DNA of 64,000 nt from Chiloscyllium plagiosum (Eukaryota): NCBI RefSeq assembly GCF_004010195.1, contig NC_057711.1, positions 78,707,738-78,771,737 of the forward strand, read 5' to 3'. Below, in pieces: positions 1 to 14,045 of the stretch (its first letter is position 1; each line of letters starts with the position of its first letter). Below the pieces are notes generated by a model. The model saw only the letters and a program-made list of their open reading frames with translations. It ran no database searches and was not told the DNA's origin. A program made the position numbers and the translations under genes.

Positions 1-285
1 GGGCTTATGCCCGAAACGTCGATTCTCCTGTTCCCTGGATGCTGCCTGACCTGCGCTTTTCCAGCAACACATTTTCAGCTCTGATCTCCAGCATCTGCAG
101 ACCTCACTTTCTCCTTTTTCAATATATAATTTGTTACATCATACTGTGTAAATGTTTGCTATAAATTGTCTTACGATCTTATACTCCACAACCACATGAT
201 GAGGGACCAGCGCTCTGAAAGCTAGTGCTTCCAAATAAACCTGTTGGACTGTAACCTGGTGTTGTGATTTTTAACTTTTTAATGC
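1..285 (+). mobile_element. Two Penelope-like pLTR/3'-end fragments of different families (1-115 and ~125-285)
   Basis: 1-20 is GGGC-TTAT-GCCC-GAAA-CGTC, the 3' half of a hammerhead, followed by the gatgctgcctgacctg...ccagca block repeated through the window. 191-280 matches the copies at 32950-33045 and 39470-39565. Confidence 0.65.
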
Positions 286-560
286 AAAAGTTGTGTTGTG
301 AGTGAATCTAAGAACACGAACAGGAGTGGGCCATTCAGCCCTTTGAGCCTTTCCACCATTCAATGAGATAATGGCTGATCTAACTCCATATATGTGCCTT
401 TGGTTCATATGCTGTAAGTTTTGCTAAGCAAATGATATTATCTCAGATTTAACATTAACAACTGATTCTACGTTCACTGCTGTTTGTGGAAGAGTTCCAA
501 ACATCTACCACCGTTTTGCATAGAAGTACTTCCTATCATTGTTCATGGGCAGTCTGTCCC

Positions 561-1750
561 TCGTTAGTAAATTTGTGGATGATACCAAAATTGGTGGCAT
601 AGTAGACATTGAAGGTTTCTAAGATTACAAGAGGATCTTGATCAAATGGGTCAGTGGGCTGAAAAATGGCAGATAGTTCAATCTGGATAAATGCAAGATA
701 TAGCATTTTCGTGCAACAAACAAGGGTAGGGCTCACACAATTAATGGTAGAATCTTGGGTAATGTTGTAGAACAGTGTGTCCTAGGGTTAGATACATAAT
801 TCTTTGAAGTTTGCATCACGTAAAAAGGGTGGTTAAAATAGCATTTGACAAACTTGCCTTCATTGCTTATTCCTTTGAGTATAGGAGTATGGGATGTTGT
901 GTTGAGGTTGTAATGGACATTGCTGAGGCCTCTTCTGGAATACTGTGTCCAGTTCTGGTCATCCAGTTATAGAAGGATACAATCAAGTTGGCAAGGGGTC
1001 AGAAGAGATTTACCAGGATGATGCCAGGTATGGAAGGTTTGAGTTATAAAGAAAGGCTGGACTTTTTTTCACTTGAGCTTAGGAGGTTGAGAGGTGACCT
1101 GATAGAAGTTTATAAAATGAGAGCTATAGATAGTTAATGGTAGTTGTCTTTTCTCTAGGATGGTGGCATATTTTTAGGGTGAGACAAGAGATTTTAAAAA
1201 AGACATAAGAGGCACATTTGTTTACACAAAGGATGATTTGCATGTGGAATGAACCTCCTGAGGAAGTGTTGGATGCAGGTACAATTAGAATGTTTAAAAG
1301 ACATTTGGATGGATACATGTATAGGAAAGGTTTGGAGGGAGCAGTTAGGTGGGACTTTTTTTATTTATTTTTTATTAGATTACTTTACAGTGTGGAAACA
1401 GGCCCTTCGGCCCAACAAGTCCACACCGAAGCGCACCCACCCAGACCCATTCCCCTACATTTACCCCTGCACCTAACACTACAGGCAATTTAGCGTGGCC
1501 AATTCACCTAATCTGCACATTTTTGGAGTGTGGGAGGAAACCGGAGCACCCGGAGGAAACCCACGCAGACACGGGGAGAATGTGCAAACTCCACACAGTC
1601 GCCTGAGGCGGGAATTGAACCCGGGTCTCTGGCGCTGTGAGGCAGCAGTGCCACTGTGCCACCGTGCCGCCCACAATTTTCATTTGGGATTATGTTTCAC
1701 ATGGACTGGTTGGACCAAAGGGTTCTGTTTCTACAACTCTATTGACTCTG
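561..1750 (+). mobile_element. CR1 LINE 3' part (end of RT plus 3' UTR), interrupted by an HE1 SINE
   Basis: Degenerate SKF.DD.KIG, VQFWS, QKRFTRM.PG and WNE.PEEV peptides. The 3' UTR resumes after 1673 (catggactggttggaccaaaggg). Confidence 0.9.
1373..1672 (-). mobile_element. HE1-type V-SINE, full length
   Basis: Reverse complement begins gggcggcacggtggcacagtgg (tRNA-derived head with A/B boxes), then the V-domain gtgtggagtttgcacattctccccgtgtctgcgtggg and a CR1-like tail. Near-identical to 56982-57300. Confidence 0.93.
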
Positions 1751-1879
1751 CTGCCTAGATCAAGAATTTCCAAACAGTGGAAATAGTTTATCTTTATTTA
1801 TTATGTCTTATCTTGAAGACTTCAATCAGATCACCCCTTAACCTAATATTATACATTAACATTCTGGTTAAAGGAATTG

Positions 1880-2600
1880 AGGGCGTTGTTACAGTTTGCA
1901 GATGACAAAGATAGGTGGAAGGAGACGTCATGTTGAGGAAGTAGAGGCTGCTGAAGGACTTGGACAGGCCCGGGCAGTAGGCAAAGAAGTGGCAAATGGA
2001 ATACCATGTGGGAAAATGAGAGATTATGCACTGTTTGGAAGAATAGAACCATAGATTACTTTTCCAAGTTGGGAATGGCTTTGGAAATATGAAGCAGAAA
2101 GGGACTTGGGAATCATAGTTCAGGATTCTGTTAAAGTTAACAAGCAGTTCAGTTGGCAGTTAGGAAGGCAAATGCAATGTTAGTATTCATTTTCAAGAGG
2201 GCAAGGATATAAGAGCAGGGGTGCATCAGCAAAAGGCTCTGGTCAGACTGCATTTGGAATATTGCGAGCAGTTTTGACCCCCTGTATCTGAGACAGGATG
2301 TGCTAGTGTTGGAGGGGGTCCAGAGAAGGTTTGCAAGAATGATCCTGGGGATGAAGGACTTGTCATATGAGGAGTGGTTGATGACTCTGGGTCTGTACTC
2401 GATGGACTTCTGAAGAATGAAGGGGTGGGATCTGATTGAAACTTACAGATTACTGGGAGGCCTGGATAGTGGGGATGTGGAGACGATTCCAATCATAGGA
2501 GAGAGAATGGGATTGAAAAATATATCAGTTCATGATTGAATGATGGAGCAAACCGTGAGTCACATAGTCTAATTCTGCTCCTATATTGATATCTTATGGT
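1880..2600 (+). mobile_element. Old CR1-clade LINE 3' fragment
   Basis: tttgcagatgacaaag (FADD), WQMEY...KxEIMH and RLHLEYCEQF-like degenerate peptides, with a tail ending tcttatggtccta. Confidence 0.75.
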
Positions 2601-2770
2601 CCTATACCTTCTAAATTTTCAAAAACAGACCTCCTCATAGCAATTCCTGGAGTCCACTTATCATTGTTGTAAACCTAAATTGTGTTATATATCTTTGGCT
2701 GGCCAATAGATCCTTCCTAAGGAGTAGTACCCAGACCTGGTGTCAGTACTACAAGTTGGGGTTGGAATGG

Positions 2771-3497
2771 TGTTATGAAGGTGTAAGGGGTACTGTACCT
2801 TTTAAGAGAGTTAAAAGCTAGCAGAACAACCTGACACTGCACAAGTGTTCTGGACAAGGTAATCTTGTAATATTTGGCCAAACAGCTAGAGTAGCTGGGT
2901 TGCCTGGAGACAAAAACAAATTCAAATTTGGCCAATCAGTATAAATTATACCCCAAAATACCAAACTCCAATCAAGTTTGAATTTAGTATTTTGACAATA
3001 TTAACACCAATGAAACAATCTGATGCTTTGGGCTATAAAACCGGAAACCGTTGGAGAAGAACTGCCAAAAGACCAACAAATATGAGCTGCTAGTGAGAAC
3101 TCTGAGATGTACGTGTCCAGAGAAGGATTTTGCACAGAGGAAAAAAAACATTGACACTGACATGGAGAACAAATCTGCAGAGGAAGATACAAAGAGAAGA
3201 TTTGACAGCTGGCTGGTTCTGAAATTTGAATTTTGCAGTAAATCTTAATGGGAATTTTATCTGACTAGTATTGTAGAGGGGAAGGTAAAAGATGGCTTAC
3301 AGAAAGGAGTTGTAAATAGTTAATTAAATATTCTTTGTTAGACTTTTAAAGTAAAAATTAACAACTTTTTATTTTTTAATAGTGACTTTTGGGAACAGTT
3401 CCTTGCCCCTTGATTTTTAACAGATTACAACATAGGTTAAATTATTTCTGTGTTACAGGTGTAAATTAGCAGGGGGCATTTACCCCACGTCACAATA
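2771..3497 (+). mobile_element. Solo-LTR-like insert inside a minus-strand CR1
   Basis: Starts tgttatga and ends tcacaata (imperfect inverted termini). Contains CCAAT boxes and tataaaa, splits a CR1 (2610-2770 / 3498-4360), and shares sequence blocks with 19395-20561. Confidence 0.6.
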
Positions 3498-4360
3498 GGA
3501 TTTTGTATAATTGCAGCATAATTTCTACATCTTAGTACTTCAGTCCTCTAGGTATAAAGGCCGGCATTCCATTATCTTTCTTGATTATTTTATGCACCTA
3601 TTTGTGACAATTTAAAAGTCAGTGCACCTGAACACCAGGTCTCTTTGGACATCTGCGTGTTTAACTTCATACTAACTAGAAAGTATCCTGATCTTTCCTT
3701 TTCAGTCCAAAATGGATAACTTCAGCTTGCTTACATTTAACTCCATCTACCATAGTTTTGTCCATTTACTTAATTTATCAATATGCCTTTGTAATTTTCT
3801 GCAGTCATCTATAATGTTGCCTAACTTTTTGTCATTTGCAAATTTGGATATGACTTTCTATGCAAATACCCAAGGTGGTGTTAATGTGAATAATTGAAGC
3901 CCTATTACAGATCCTTTTGGGACACTACTGGTCACATCCTGCCAGTTTGAGTACCTACCCATTATCCCTTTTTTTTATTGTCTGCCACTTAACCAATTTC
4001 CCAGCCATGCCAGTAGTTTTCCCTCAGTTCTGTGGACTTCTACCTTAGTTAACAGTCTCTTACGTGGGGCTTTATCAAAAGCTTTCTGGCAATCTATATA
4101 AACAACATCCACAGTCAGTTCCCTCTCCACTATCTCAGTTCCTATTTGAAAAATTCAAATGAGGCTTGTAAGTCACGAATCTATGCCAGTTCTTCCTGGT
4201 TGAATGATAATTTAAGTTGTTCAGTCATCCAATCCTTAATCATAGACTCGAACAATTTCACCACCACAGATGTTAGGCTAACTGGTCTGTAATTCCCTGC
4301 TTTTCCTCTTTTCCCCCTTCTTAAAAATGGATCGACATGTGCAGTTTTCCAATCTAGGTG
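3498..4360 (-). mobile_element. CR1 LINE RT-region fragment
   Basis: ORF 4181..4384 contains GNYRPVSLTSVVVKLFESMIKD, typical of CR1 ORF2. Confidence 0.85.
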
Positions 4361-4539
4361 AATCCAAACAAAGATTCCAAACACAGGTGAATCCTGTATC
4401 TAGGAGATCTCCACCTGCTTTTAAAGTTTGCAGACCCTAACTAAAAACGGCTGAAACTTGGAAATCAAAAATTCTTGGAAGTAAATGTATGAGTTGTGGT
4501 GGGCTAATAAGGCAAGGGGTTACATTATATGGATGATAG

Positions 4540-4750
4540 GTCAGAAAAGATTTACAAGGATGTTGCCAGGGTTGGAGGATTTGAGCTATAGGGAGAGGTT
4601 GAATAGGCTGGGGCTGTTTTTCCTGAAGCGTCGGAGGCTGAAGGCTGACCTTATAGAGGTATGGATAGGGTAAATAGATAAGGTCTTTTCCTTCTGGCTT
4701 GGGAGTCCAGGACTAGAGGGCATAGGTTTAGGGTGAGAGGGGAAAGATTA
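4540..4750 (+). mobile_element. CR1 LINE 3' ORF2 fragment
   Basis: [26 protein letters not shown], nearly identical to the copies at 24120 and 35110. Confidence 0.88.
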
Positions 4751-4754
4751 TATT

Positions 4755-5003
4755 AGTTTCCCTACCATGTGGAAACAGGCCCTTTGGCCCAACAAGTCCA
4801 CACTGACCCTCCAAAGAGTAGCTCACCCTGACCCATTTCCCTATCCTATTTTTACCCCTGACTAAATGCACCTAACACTATGGGCAATTTAGCATGACCA
4901 AATCACCTAACCTGCACATCTTTGGATCGTGGGAGGAAACCAGAGCACCCGGAGGAAATCCATGCAGATAAGGGGAGAACGTGCAAACTCCACACAGTCA
5001 CCA
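4755..5003 (-). mobile_element. HE1-type SINE, 5'-truncated
   Basis: gtggaaacaggccctttggcccaacaagtccacac through gtgcaaactccacacagtc aligns with 1390-1600. Confidence 0.85.
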
Positions 5004-8000
5004 GACCATCTAATCTTTCAATTAAGCTTTTCACAGCCTTCCAGAATCAACATGAGTGAGCTGCAGTTCCATGTTCTAATTTTACTATTACCATTTATCC
5101 TAGCTCCATTTTCTGCTTTCTGGTTTGTCCCATTATCAACTCCCTTTGTCATTTAATTTTACCTGCATTGAGTCTCACCTGCCTTCCAGATAATCATGAA
5201 CCTGCCTTTTTGTACACACCTACACGTCACACAACCCCTCTCCATCTACAACATTACCTCTGTATGTTGGTAGTTCTACAGAGTAATTGTTTGTAAAACA
5301 AAAAAAAATCAGTCCTTCTCTCCAGGTGCACCAAAATGGAGAGCCTGAAGACCATACGGAGACTGCACAATTCAAAAAGGTGCCATTAGAAGCCCATGAA
5401 ATGAGCAGACGTTTGAAAAATGAAATCCATCTGGTTCACCAAATTCTTTAGAGAAGGGAATTTCCTGTTCATACCTAATTTGGCTCATCCAAACCCAGAC
5501 CCATAGCAACTGTCTTCTGCAAACCCAGACCCATAGCATGCCACCATCATTTTCAAAAAAGATTTAAAAAGAGTAAAATGACTTGGCATCAACCTAGGCA
5601 TCAGGCAAGACAAAAGGTATATCCAGTTCAGTCAACTCTACAACCACACCAGCTTTAGTTGTTCATCTGAAATTGAAGTATATTCCTACAAACCCCAGTC
5701 AAACAGCCTGTCAAAAATCAGACAGATTCCTATCTTACAGCCAACTCTCCACCACCATCGCTGGTATCCTCAATTTCAGAGTTGGTGGTAGTGGTATATG
5801 GGTATCTGCACTGGGAGCCTTCAACCTGAATTCAGACTCCCTGAAACATGAAGGAAATAAAAACAAACATTGACTGCTGCTAGAAGTCTGCATTTCAGGC
5901 AACATCTAGTGAGACAGAAACAGAGTTAATGTAGAGCCAAAGATGAATCTTAGAAAGAGAAGACAAGGAAATCTCCTCTTCCCTTTCGTAAATGTGGAAT
6001 CAATACTCCCATGTTGAACACCATTTGGAAGAAGCATTGAAGATAACAGAACCAGAAATTTGCTCTGCAGGACCCCACCGAGTGTGTTTGGATTTCGTGA
6101 CTGGCTGAATAGTGAGGTTAAAGCTGCCAGACTGTGTTCTCTCACTATATGCCCGGATTTGAAAGGAATGAAAAGCTACTTAACCTCACATTATTCCAGC
6201 ACAGCTGAGAGAAAATCAAGGATCAACATTTCGATCCAGAGCTAGTTGTGAAGAAGGTCATACTAGACTCTAAACATTAGCTCAGTTTCTCTCTGCACAG
6301 ATAAGGCCAGACCAGGATTCTCCAGTTTTTCAGATTGTTTCAGATTTCCAACATCTGCAGTATTTTGTCATTGTTCATGATGGTAATGGCACAAATGACC
6401 ATCCCACACAAATGTCTGTCTTCATAATGAAAATACTTTATAGTTTATCATGGCCCTTACTAGTGCTGAAACTAGGAAACTTTTCAAGACTGATCTTACA
6501 GCTCATAAATGGGCACCTAAGAGGTGCTGTAGTCGAAAGTTGTACACCACCATAATCTAAACTTGTGCGTTAGCATATCCCTGACTCTATTATTACCATC
6601 AAGTCAAAGGATCAATTCTAATTCAGTGAAGTGTATAGAAGAGAGTTTGCCAGAAACAAACAAAAAAAATGGAGGTGTCAACCCGAAGAGTCTGAAAACA
6701 GAGGACTACATGCCAGCAGAAAGAATCCTTACCACAAATGGGACAACTCTGCTAAACTCCGATCCAAATGTTATCTTCAAGTAACAAAAATAGCAATAGC
6801 AACTTACTGTCAGCTTCAGTATCTGGATTACTTTATTAGATTTTTTGTGCACCATTGGACTTATCATCATCAATAGCTACAACCCACGTCCTTTTATACA
6901 TAAATAAATATTTGCAACACAGAAAGCAGCAAGTTCCAGACTCCCAACTCTGAGAGAAAAAAAGTCTGCAACGCTTCTCTTAGCCTTCTACTTTTTACCT
7001 TAAGCCTATGATCCCTGGTTATTATCCACCTTACTTAATCTTATCCACCTCTATCAGGACCCCTCTCAACCTTCACTGCTCCAAGGAAAACAACACTAAC
7101 CTATTCAATCTTACTCAAAGCTCAGACCCTCCAGTTCAGGCAGTGTCCTGGTAAATCTTCTGTACAATCACATCCTTTCTATAACTGCACACAATTCTTT
7201 AGTTGTTACCTAACCAGCATTTTATAGGGTTTCAGAATACAAAAGGAGGGAGGTTATGCTATGCTTCAGCTAATATAGTTAAGAAAGCATAGGGGATATT
7301 TACCTATCTTACGTGCCCTGTTCCTTATAGAAATCTATCGCAACACATATCAAGGTCCCACTCATCTTCTCTTTCCCATCTTCCAATATTATTGAAACAG
7401 TATAGGTTGTCAGAGTGAATTAGAGAAATCAAATGATAGGCTTGGTTACACCTGTGCCCTATGGAGGTTAGGGCACCATACATGGAGGAAAATAGTGCAA
7501 ATGTTGAATGCATTTTGAAGCCAATTGGATAAGTGCCACCTGTCCAAACATTTAGTACAAGATACAGTTTCGCTACTGAAAATAAAACTTAAAGTAAGAA
7601 ATATATAATAATGGAAAGTGTGACAATTAAGAGTTTCCAACATGACATGTTAATTTTAACACCAAGTTGTATAAATATTACAGAAAGCAACATGGCAGAC
7701 TACACATACAGTGTGTACTTCTTCCTAGTCAAGAAAATACAGTGCAGTATATCATGGATTCATTCCAGGTCTTAGCCTTTTCATATTTAATTTAGGTGCT
7801 AATGATTTTTTTTTTTACTTAAGTTTTTCTGGAAATTGTGGATAAGTAAACATTGGACCCACAATGAACAAATTGTACAGAAGTGGATTTGTGAATGACA
7901 ACACATCACTTAGTCTGGAGACAGAATAGATTGATCAAGCCTACTCCATGCTTTGATCTCTACCTCAATACTTTTTTTTTTGAAGTATCCTATGTAACTC

Positions 8001-8999
8001 CCTTGATTGGTTGGTCACGGTCTCCTGCAATTTGATTTCCTCAATGTAAAGCATACTGTATTGTTTGTGGATTGAGTGTGTTGACCACTAAGTTCCTATT
8101 TCTGGTCAGATGTTAGTGACTGCTCAATCGGAAAGGAAAAGGTAAAAGAACAAAAGTTGAACAGGAAGAGTTTTTGCAGATGATTGAGAAATAAATTTGT
8201 GTTGTGGTGCAAGGCCAGAAATGCTTGGAGGTGGTAGAAATGGTGATCGATGATAAGTTTAAGTGTGGAGGCTTGTGTGGGGAATGATACAAGGGGAATC
8301 CTTATTTCCAGAAAAGGAGCAAGATTACAAGTGCACTTTGAAGCAGATGCAGTCAAAGACCCTGTCAACCACACTGGAGGGGTTTTTTCAGTTAAGGGAA
8401 AAATTTACAATATGCTTTAACAGATATTTCTGTCTTCAAAATAGATAAGATGGAGAAATTGGAATAATGGAACAGAATCCCTACAACAGATGAAGTGGGA
8501 AGAAGTATATTCAAAGTAGCTGGCATGGAGTCTGGGCCTAAGACTAGACACTGAAGCGGAGACTTAGGCTCTAGATCTGGAATTGATCATGTGAAGGGGA
8601 GGAAAGGTTGGCAACTGGAAGAAAATGTGTTTTTCAACTTGGGATGCAGTTTGGGATTGGCACCACTTACGTTTTCTGTGTATTTAAAAAAAAAAAAATC
8701 GATGAGGAAAGGAAATCCGTGTAGGATGAGTGCAAAGAATGTTCCACTATCTCATAAAAGGCAAAGATAGCTTGGGCTCCTGAAGCTTTTCATAGAAACC
8801 AGATTTTTGGAAGAAGTAAGGAGCCAAAGGTGAGGGTCTTCAATGTGAGAGCAAGTTCAGCCCAGTGGAAAAGGGTGATAAGAGGTGAGGATTGGTTGAG
8901 TGTTCAACCTGGACGAAGTGGAGAAATATTGGGTGACTCTGGTGGAGGGCGTGGAGACATAGAGGAATTTTTCCCATTTTGTGTTCTAATAGAATATAG

Positions 9000-9270
9000 A
9001 TGTCACAGGCAGAGGCAGCATTTGTTGCCACCCCTAATTGCCCTTGAACTGAGATGACTTGCTAAGCCATTTTAAGAATCAACCACATACAATCGAACAG
9101 GCAGATTTCCTGCACTAAATAACATTGAATAAGATTATCCTACAATTACTGATAGCTGTCATGGTCTGCATTATTGAGACTAGCTGTATATTCCAGGCTT
9201 ATTAGTTGATTTTAAATTTCACCAGATGCCCTGATGGTATTTTACTTCATCTCTAGCCAGCGCACTAGTT
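9000..9270 (-). mobile_element. Degenerate shark SINE (same family as 20950-21510)
   Basis: Reverse complement resembles the ggcaattagggatgggcaataaatgc tail and the ttcactaatgtcctttagggaaggaaatctgcc body. Confidence 0.5.
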
Positions 9271-9321
9271 AAGGCTGGAAATATTGTGGATATATGGGGG
9301 AAGAAACTAGATCAAGGAGAA

Positions 9322-9745
9322 TGTTAGGCTCTTTTCCTGAAGTTTCACACGCGAGATGTAATTCTCACACTCACCAACTTCTGCACACAGTTAGTTTATT
9401 AAAGCATACAAGCTAGGTGACCCCTTTAACCCTCTTCATGGGTGTGCAAAGTCGAGTCAAAGAGACCCCGAACAAAGAAACCACATCCCCTTTATACAGG
9501 TCAGTTGGTAATGCTCACAGATACTCTGGATACTCTCTCACAGTCACATGCTGCTCAAGACAACCCAGCCACTCCCTCACAGTCACATGTTACCGCAGGT
9601 ACAATGGTAGGATGAGATCATCCTTGGAGATAATGTAAATGCCCTAATCCTGGGGAACCATTTTGTAGACTATTTCCGAACTCAGTGATTCCCTCAGACA
9701 ATGTAGTGATATATCTAGCTTCGGGGGATGGCTATGAAAGCACTT
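9322..9745 (-). mobile_element. Possible solo LTR (right boundary uncertain)
   Basis: Begins tgttagg. Minus-strand TATAAA at 9491-9496 is followed about 95 nt later by AATAAA at 9395-9400; there is an internal tandem ctcacagtcacatg. No TSD found. Confidence 0.35.
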
Positions 9746-10173
9746 CTGAATGGAAGAGATTGAATGATAGTTTAATTTTATAATAGTAGGGGAGTAGTAG
9801 CAAATGACTGACTAAATGGAGTGGGAGTCATTTGCATTCCTGCATGAATATCGTCCCCACCCACTTCCAGAATGTTCAGTCAGTGCAGTTTAACCCTTTA
9901 ATGTCCAGAGAGATATTCCAATTTAATCTTTTAATATGACAAAAACATTTAACCTGTTATTACTCTGAGTAGTTGGACACAGTGCTTCCTAACATGACTC
10001 TGTAGCACATAAGCTCTCCCTTCAGGTAAAAAAAACATAGTTGAGGCTGAAGAGAGTTGCAATCTTGTGCTGGTTAGAGGAGCTTTGGGCCAAACTTGCT
10101 ATAAGTAAATAGAAGGAGCAAGATATATTTATGGGAATCATTATCACTGTACTTAGAGCAAGCAGTTAGTGAT

Positions 10174-10384
10174 GTCTTGTTAAACATCAAACAAAGGACT
10201 GCAGATGCTGGAAATCCGAAACAAAGATAGAAATTCTAGGCAAAACTCAGGTCTGGCAGCATCTGTGGAGAGAAAGTAGAGTTCAGGTCCAATGACCTTC
10301 CTTCAGTTGTGGACTGAAACGTGAACTCTGCTTTCCCTCCACATGCTGCCAGACCTGCTGAGCTTTTCCAACAATTTCTGTTTT
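10174..10384. mobile_element. Short palindromic Penelope-derived element
   Basis: Inverted arms ~10230-10285 / ~10322-10380, flanked by the 10-bp direct repeat agttagtgat (10164-10173, 10385-10394). Confidence 0.75.
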
Positions 10385-12324
10385 AGTTAGTGATTTGTGG
10401 GTTTTTCCTCCAGCAAGATATGATACCTGAGTATGTTGTCCCTCATAACTTAAGAAACTGTGGATAAAGTGATTGAACAATTTATTTGCTTATTATGGCT
10501 GGCTATTATATAAACTATTACATTCACAGACAAGTATCTGGGCTAGTGTTAGATGATTTTATTATAGTTCGTTTTAAGTGATGCCGGGTTAGATGCTTCT
10601 GAGGTAATTATCCATAGCACGTGACTTGAGGGTATAATGATAATAAAAGATGAGTATGAGACATAACACAACAGTGAGCCTTCCAAAGTTTGGTAAGTGT
10701 CTGACTTGAGGTTTTGAAATGTAAGCCTGGGTATGGAAAGAAAGTAGAGTTAAAACATTTTGAATTTGGAGTACAAGTAATTGTGTGCATTTACATGTTT
10801 ATTATTCTGTTTAAGATAAATGATATTTATTTCAGTTCAATTTTTTTGTACTCCATTTAGTTTAAACTGCAGACCTCGTTATTTCAATACTGAATTTTCA
10901 GATACTAATATTACTGTTCATCAAAATCCCAGTTATATGTTTCATGGAGCAAATTTTAAACACTGCTGTAATTATGCAAGTCTCTTTAAAGCAAAGTTAT
11001 TTTTAAAATCAAAGTTTTGGAACCTTTAGCAAACATTATTACACAGTTTAAGATTTTGTTACTTTTTGGGACTGTCTTTAAGTGAAAGTGAAGTGTGTCA
11101 TATGACTTGTCCTGAACTCTGACAGTCATCAACTCTGGACAGTTTGGTGATTTTTTTTTTTGAAGAGGACCTTGATTATTTTACCGAGAAGAATGTTCGG
11201 GACTTTACACTGGGAGACAATGGGAGTGGCCTCTACTTTTCGTTGATAGGCTGAGCATTAAGTACCAGAAAAGTGTTGAACTTTCAGGTTGTATACAGTT
11301 GGGCTCTAATCTGTTTTTATTCCCAGAGAAAGGTTGGGATTTCAAGGATATGAGGCATATGTGTTTCATGTTGCCACAGAAATGTGCTTAAGGAGGGTAA
11401 GGATTTGAGCTACCCTTGAAAATGCTCATGCCAGGGTAGAGTCAGCAGCTAGAGGCCACGAGTTTCTTTTGGTTCACTATACAAGAACACAGATGAGATT
11501 TTGCACTTTGAATTGGAAAGACCAAATTTGTTAGGAGATAAAACAAAGCTGGAAGATTCACCTAACACGTGCCAGAGGAGGAATATCCAAGGGTCAGGAA
11601 CCTCATTGTAACCATCTGAAATTGCAAGTTACTAGGTTAAGGTGGGTGGGGAGATAAGACAAAAATTTTTCTGCAGCTAAGTATTACTTTTTATTCTGGA
11701 TGCAATGTATCTTATACTTTAAAGGATAACATAAGAGTATGCCTTCAAGTGATTTTACAACTGTTGAATTCTTGTTAGAAATAAACTGGATCAGGAGTAG
11801 TTCCCTGATGACCATGATCTAATGAGTTCAAGCTAGTTAATTCAAGAAACACTTTATTTTGGGTTTGTAAGATTTTAGATAACCATCCCATAGGAGAAGC
11901 TATGTGAAAATGTTACAATCCTCCAAATAGCCTGCTTAATTTTAGTAATTAGCTATGAAATAAGCATCCTAGATTTTTACAGGGCTGGGATTTCTCTCTT
12001 CACTTCTCAATTTTAATGAACTGTCTAAGATATTGGGGTTCATTTCCAGTGTAATCGCAAAACCTAATTTCACAGATACTAATAAATACCACTTTTAAGT
12101 GGGTATGTAAACTACAGTGCTAAAAGTGATCAAAAATCTAATACAAATCTAATAGAATCCAGCTTAATGATATTCATAATTATTGAGGAATATATAATTT
12201 TTCGAAGAATAGATTGTATCCATCAACGTTTAAAATAAAGTTTTTCTTTACATTTTTAAAACTGATTTAAGGAAGGTATCTTCTCCTGCTGGGCGAAAAT
12301 ATCGTTTGACAGATTCTAGAGGTT

Positions 12325-12550
12325 TTAGTTGTGGTTAAGTCAATTGGCTGGATGACTGGTTAGTGAGGCCAACAGCGTGGGTTCAATTTTTGCATCAGCT
12401 GAGGTTACCATGAATGATGCTATTACTTAATCTCTCTGCCTCCTAGCCCCCCGCACCCCACCCTTATCACCTGTGGTAACCCTCTAGTTAAAACAGTTGT
12501 TTTTCTTAGAAAGCAGCCCTATGGTTTGTAGGTCTGTGGTGACTTTACCA
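12325..12550 (+). mobile_element. Degenerate tRNA-derived SINE (non-HE1 family)
   Basis: Box-A-like gtggttaagtcaattgg, box-B-like gggttcaatt, body ctgaggttaccatgaa...gcagccctatgg...gactttacc. Confidence 0.5.
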
Positions 12551-13369
12551 ATTATAAGAGGATCCTGATACTTATGAAATTTCACAGAGAAGTCTTGGTC
12601 TTAGTTTTTACGGTTATTTGCATACCATCTACTTGGTAAATATGAGTGTTAGACTTCTGTATAAAAGTCCTCTCACTTGAATGTGTCATTTTATCATTGT
12701 TTCTCAAGTATTTGGTGAAAATTCCTTTATGATAAAAGCTTTAATTTAATCAATTTATTTGTTTTTTTTTCCAACTGTCCCTTTATCTGTTCAGTCTGAA
12801 GACAATCCTTTACTTTAAAGCCTTTTCAGTAAAGATATTTCATTTGAGTGCAGTTTATCCTAAAATAATTCATGTGGTGATGATTTTTTTTTTCCCCCCC
12901 CACTTCTATGCATTGGATGGTTTGAGTAATCCTCCTGTTAATTAACATTTTACATTAGTGCGTGGTATTGCCATGCACCTTTCCTGGCTTTCTAGATATT
13001 TTTAAACTCTATACAAATACATTTTTTGTTGTCTCTGCTGAGTATACGTTGAACTAATTGCACATGTATGTTCTACCTAATTAGTTATAATTATTTCTCA
13101 ATCAAACTTAAATTTCTAACCAGATATTATTATAACCTGTGAAGTCCTTTACTTCCATTGTGCAAAAAGGGAATGCTTCTGTTCTGTAATTTTAATATAG
13201 GTTGCCTACAAAGTAGTATTTTCAGTCTTTAATAGCACAAGTCTTGTTATTCTTCAGCAATTGACTTTCAGCTGTGAGGCTTATTCTTTTTATCAGTATT
13301 TGAACATCAGAACAAAATGTTTGGTTCTGAAAAATAGCTTTAACAATGTTCCTTACTATATATTTAAAG

Positions 13370-13510
13370 GAGAAAGTGAGGACTGGAGATCAGAGTTGAA
13401 GAGTGTGGTGCTGGAAAAGCACAGCCAGTCAGGCAGCATCTGAAGAGCAGGAGGATCGACGTTTCGGGCTTATGATTTTCGGCTATGCTTTTCAAGTACC
13501 ACACTCTTTG
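13370..13510. mobile_element. Short inverted Penelope-derived element
   Basis: Minus-strand copy of the 1-115 sequence plus a short inverted arm. Perfect 15-bp direct repeat actatatatttaaag at 13355-13369 and 13511-13525. Confidence 0.8.
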
Positions 13511-13639
13511 ACTATATATTTAAAGTCGAACTGAACTTTTTTTTTTAATGATCGCATCTTAACATTCTCTTTAAACTACGGGGTCGGGGGATGGGATTGT
13601 TATTAGAAATCTGAAATTGGAAAAGTTTTTAGAAACCCT

Positions 13640-14045
13640 GTGTGTAGGTCGTCATCTCGCGCTTGCTGCAGTGCTCCAACAAGTCTCTGTGCAAGATGGA
13701 AGAGCAGCACCTCATGTTCCTGCAGCCTGTAGGACTCCATATTGAATCGAATAATTTTAGGACCTGAACATCAACTTCCATGTTCTTAACTCACTTCCAC
13801 ACTCCTGGTCTGTCATGGCATGGGCTGCTTTCATCACAGCCAACCCATTTTTATCATACAATGTTGCCTAATTATCAGCTTTTTTCTTTTTTTTTCCTCT
13901 GGCTCACCATTAGTCTTCTGCATATATACCATCCTCCACCATTTTTCATTGCTACCATCCCCTCTGAAAAAGGGTTACTGGCTCCGCAACTCTCACTGTT
14001 TTCTCTTCAGATGTTGTCAGACCTGCTAAGGTTCTCCAACAAAAG
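13640..14045 (+). mobile_element. Degenerate Penelope-like (Neptune-type) 3' end
   Basis: Relic KMEEQHLMF...QP.GL.IE.NNFR resembles the GIY-YIG C-terminus, followed by a pyrimidine-rich spacer and a decayed pLTR. Confidence 0.55.

Noticed and set aside
5490..5538. 19-bp direct repeat caaacccagacccatagca; similar 27-bp duplication at 63804-63877
   Set aside because: Only two units each, inside decayed TEs. Ordinary local duplications, not an array or CRISPR.
6563..6908. Purine-rich ORFs (6563..6784, 6631..6876) with a possible acceptor at 6626, GT at 6781 and AATAAA at 6903. Considered as PSAT1 exon 1 (SAKLR) or as the last exon of an upstream gene such as CEP78.
   Set aside because: No in-frame ATG in the phase-0 frame, no NFxxGP motif, a weak donor, and no recognisable homology.
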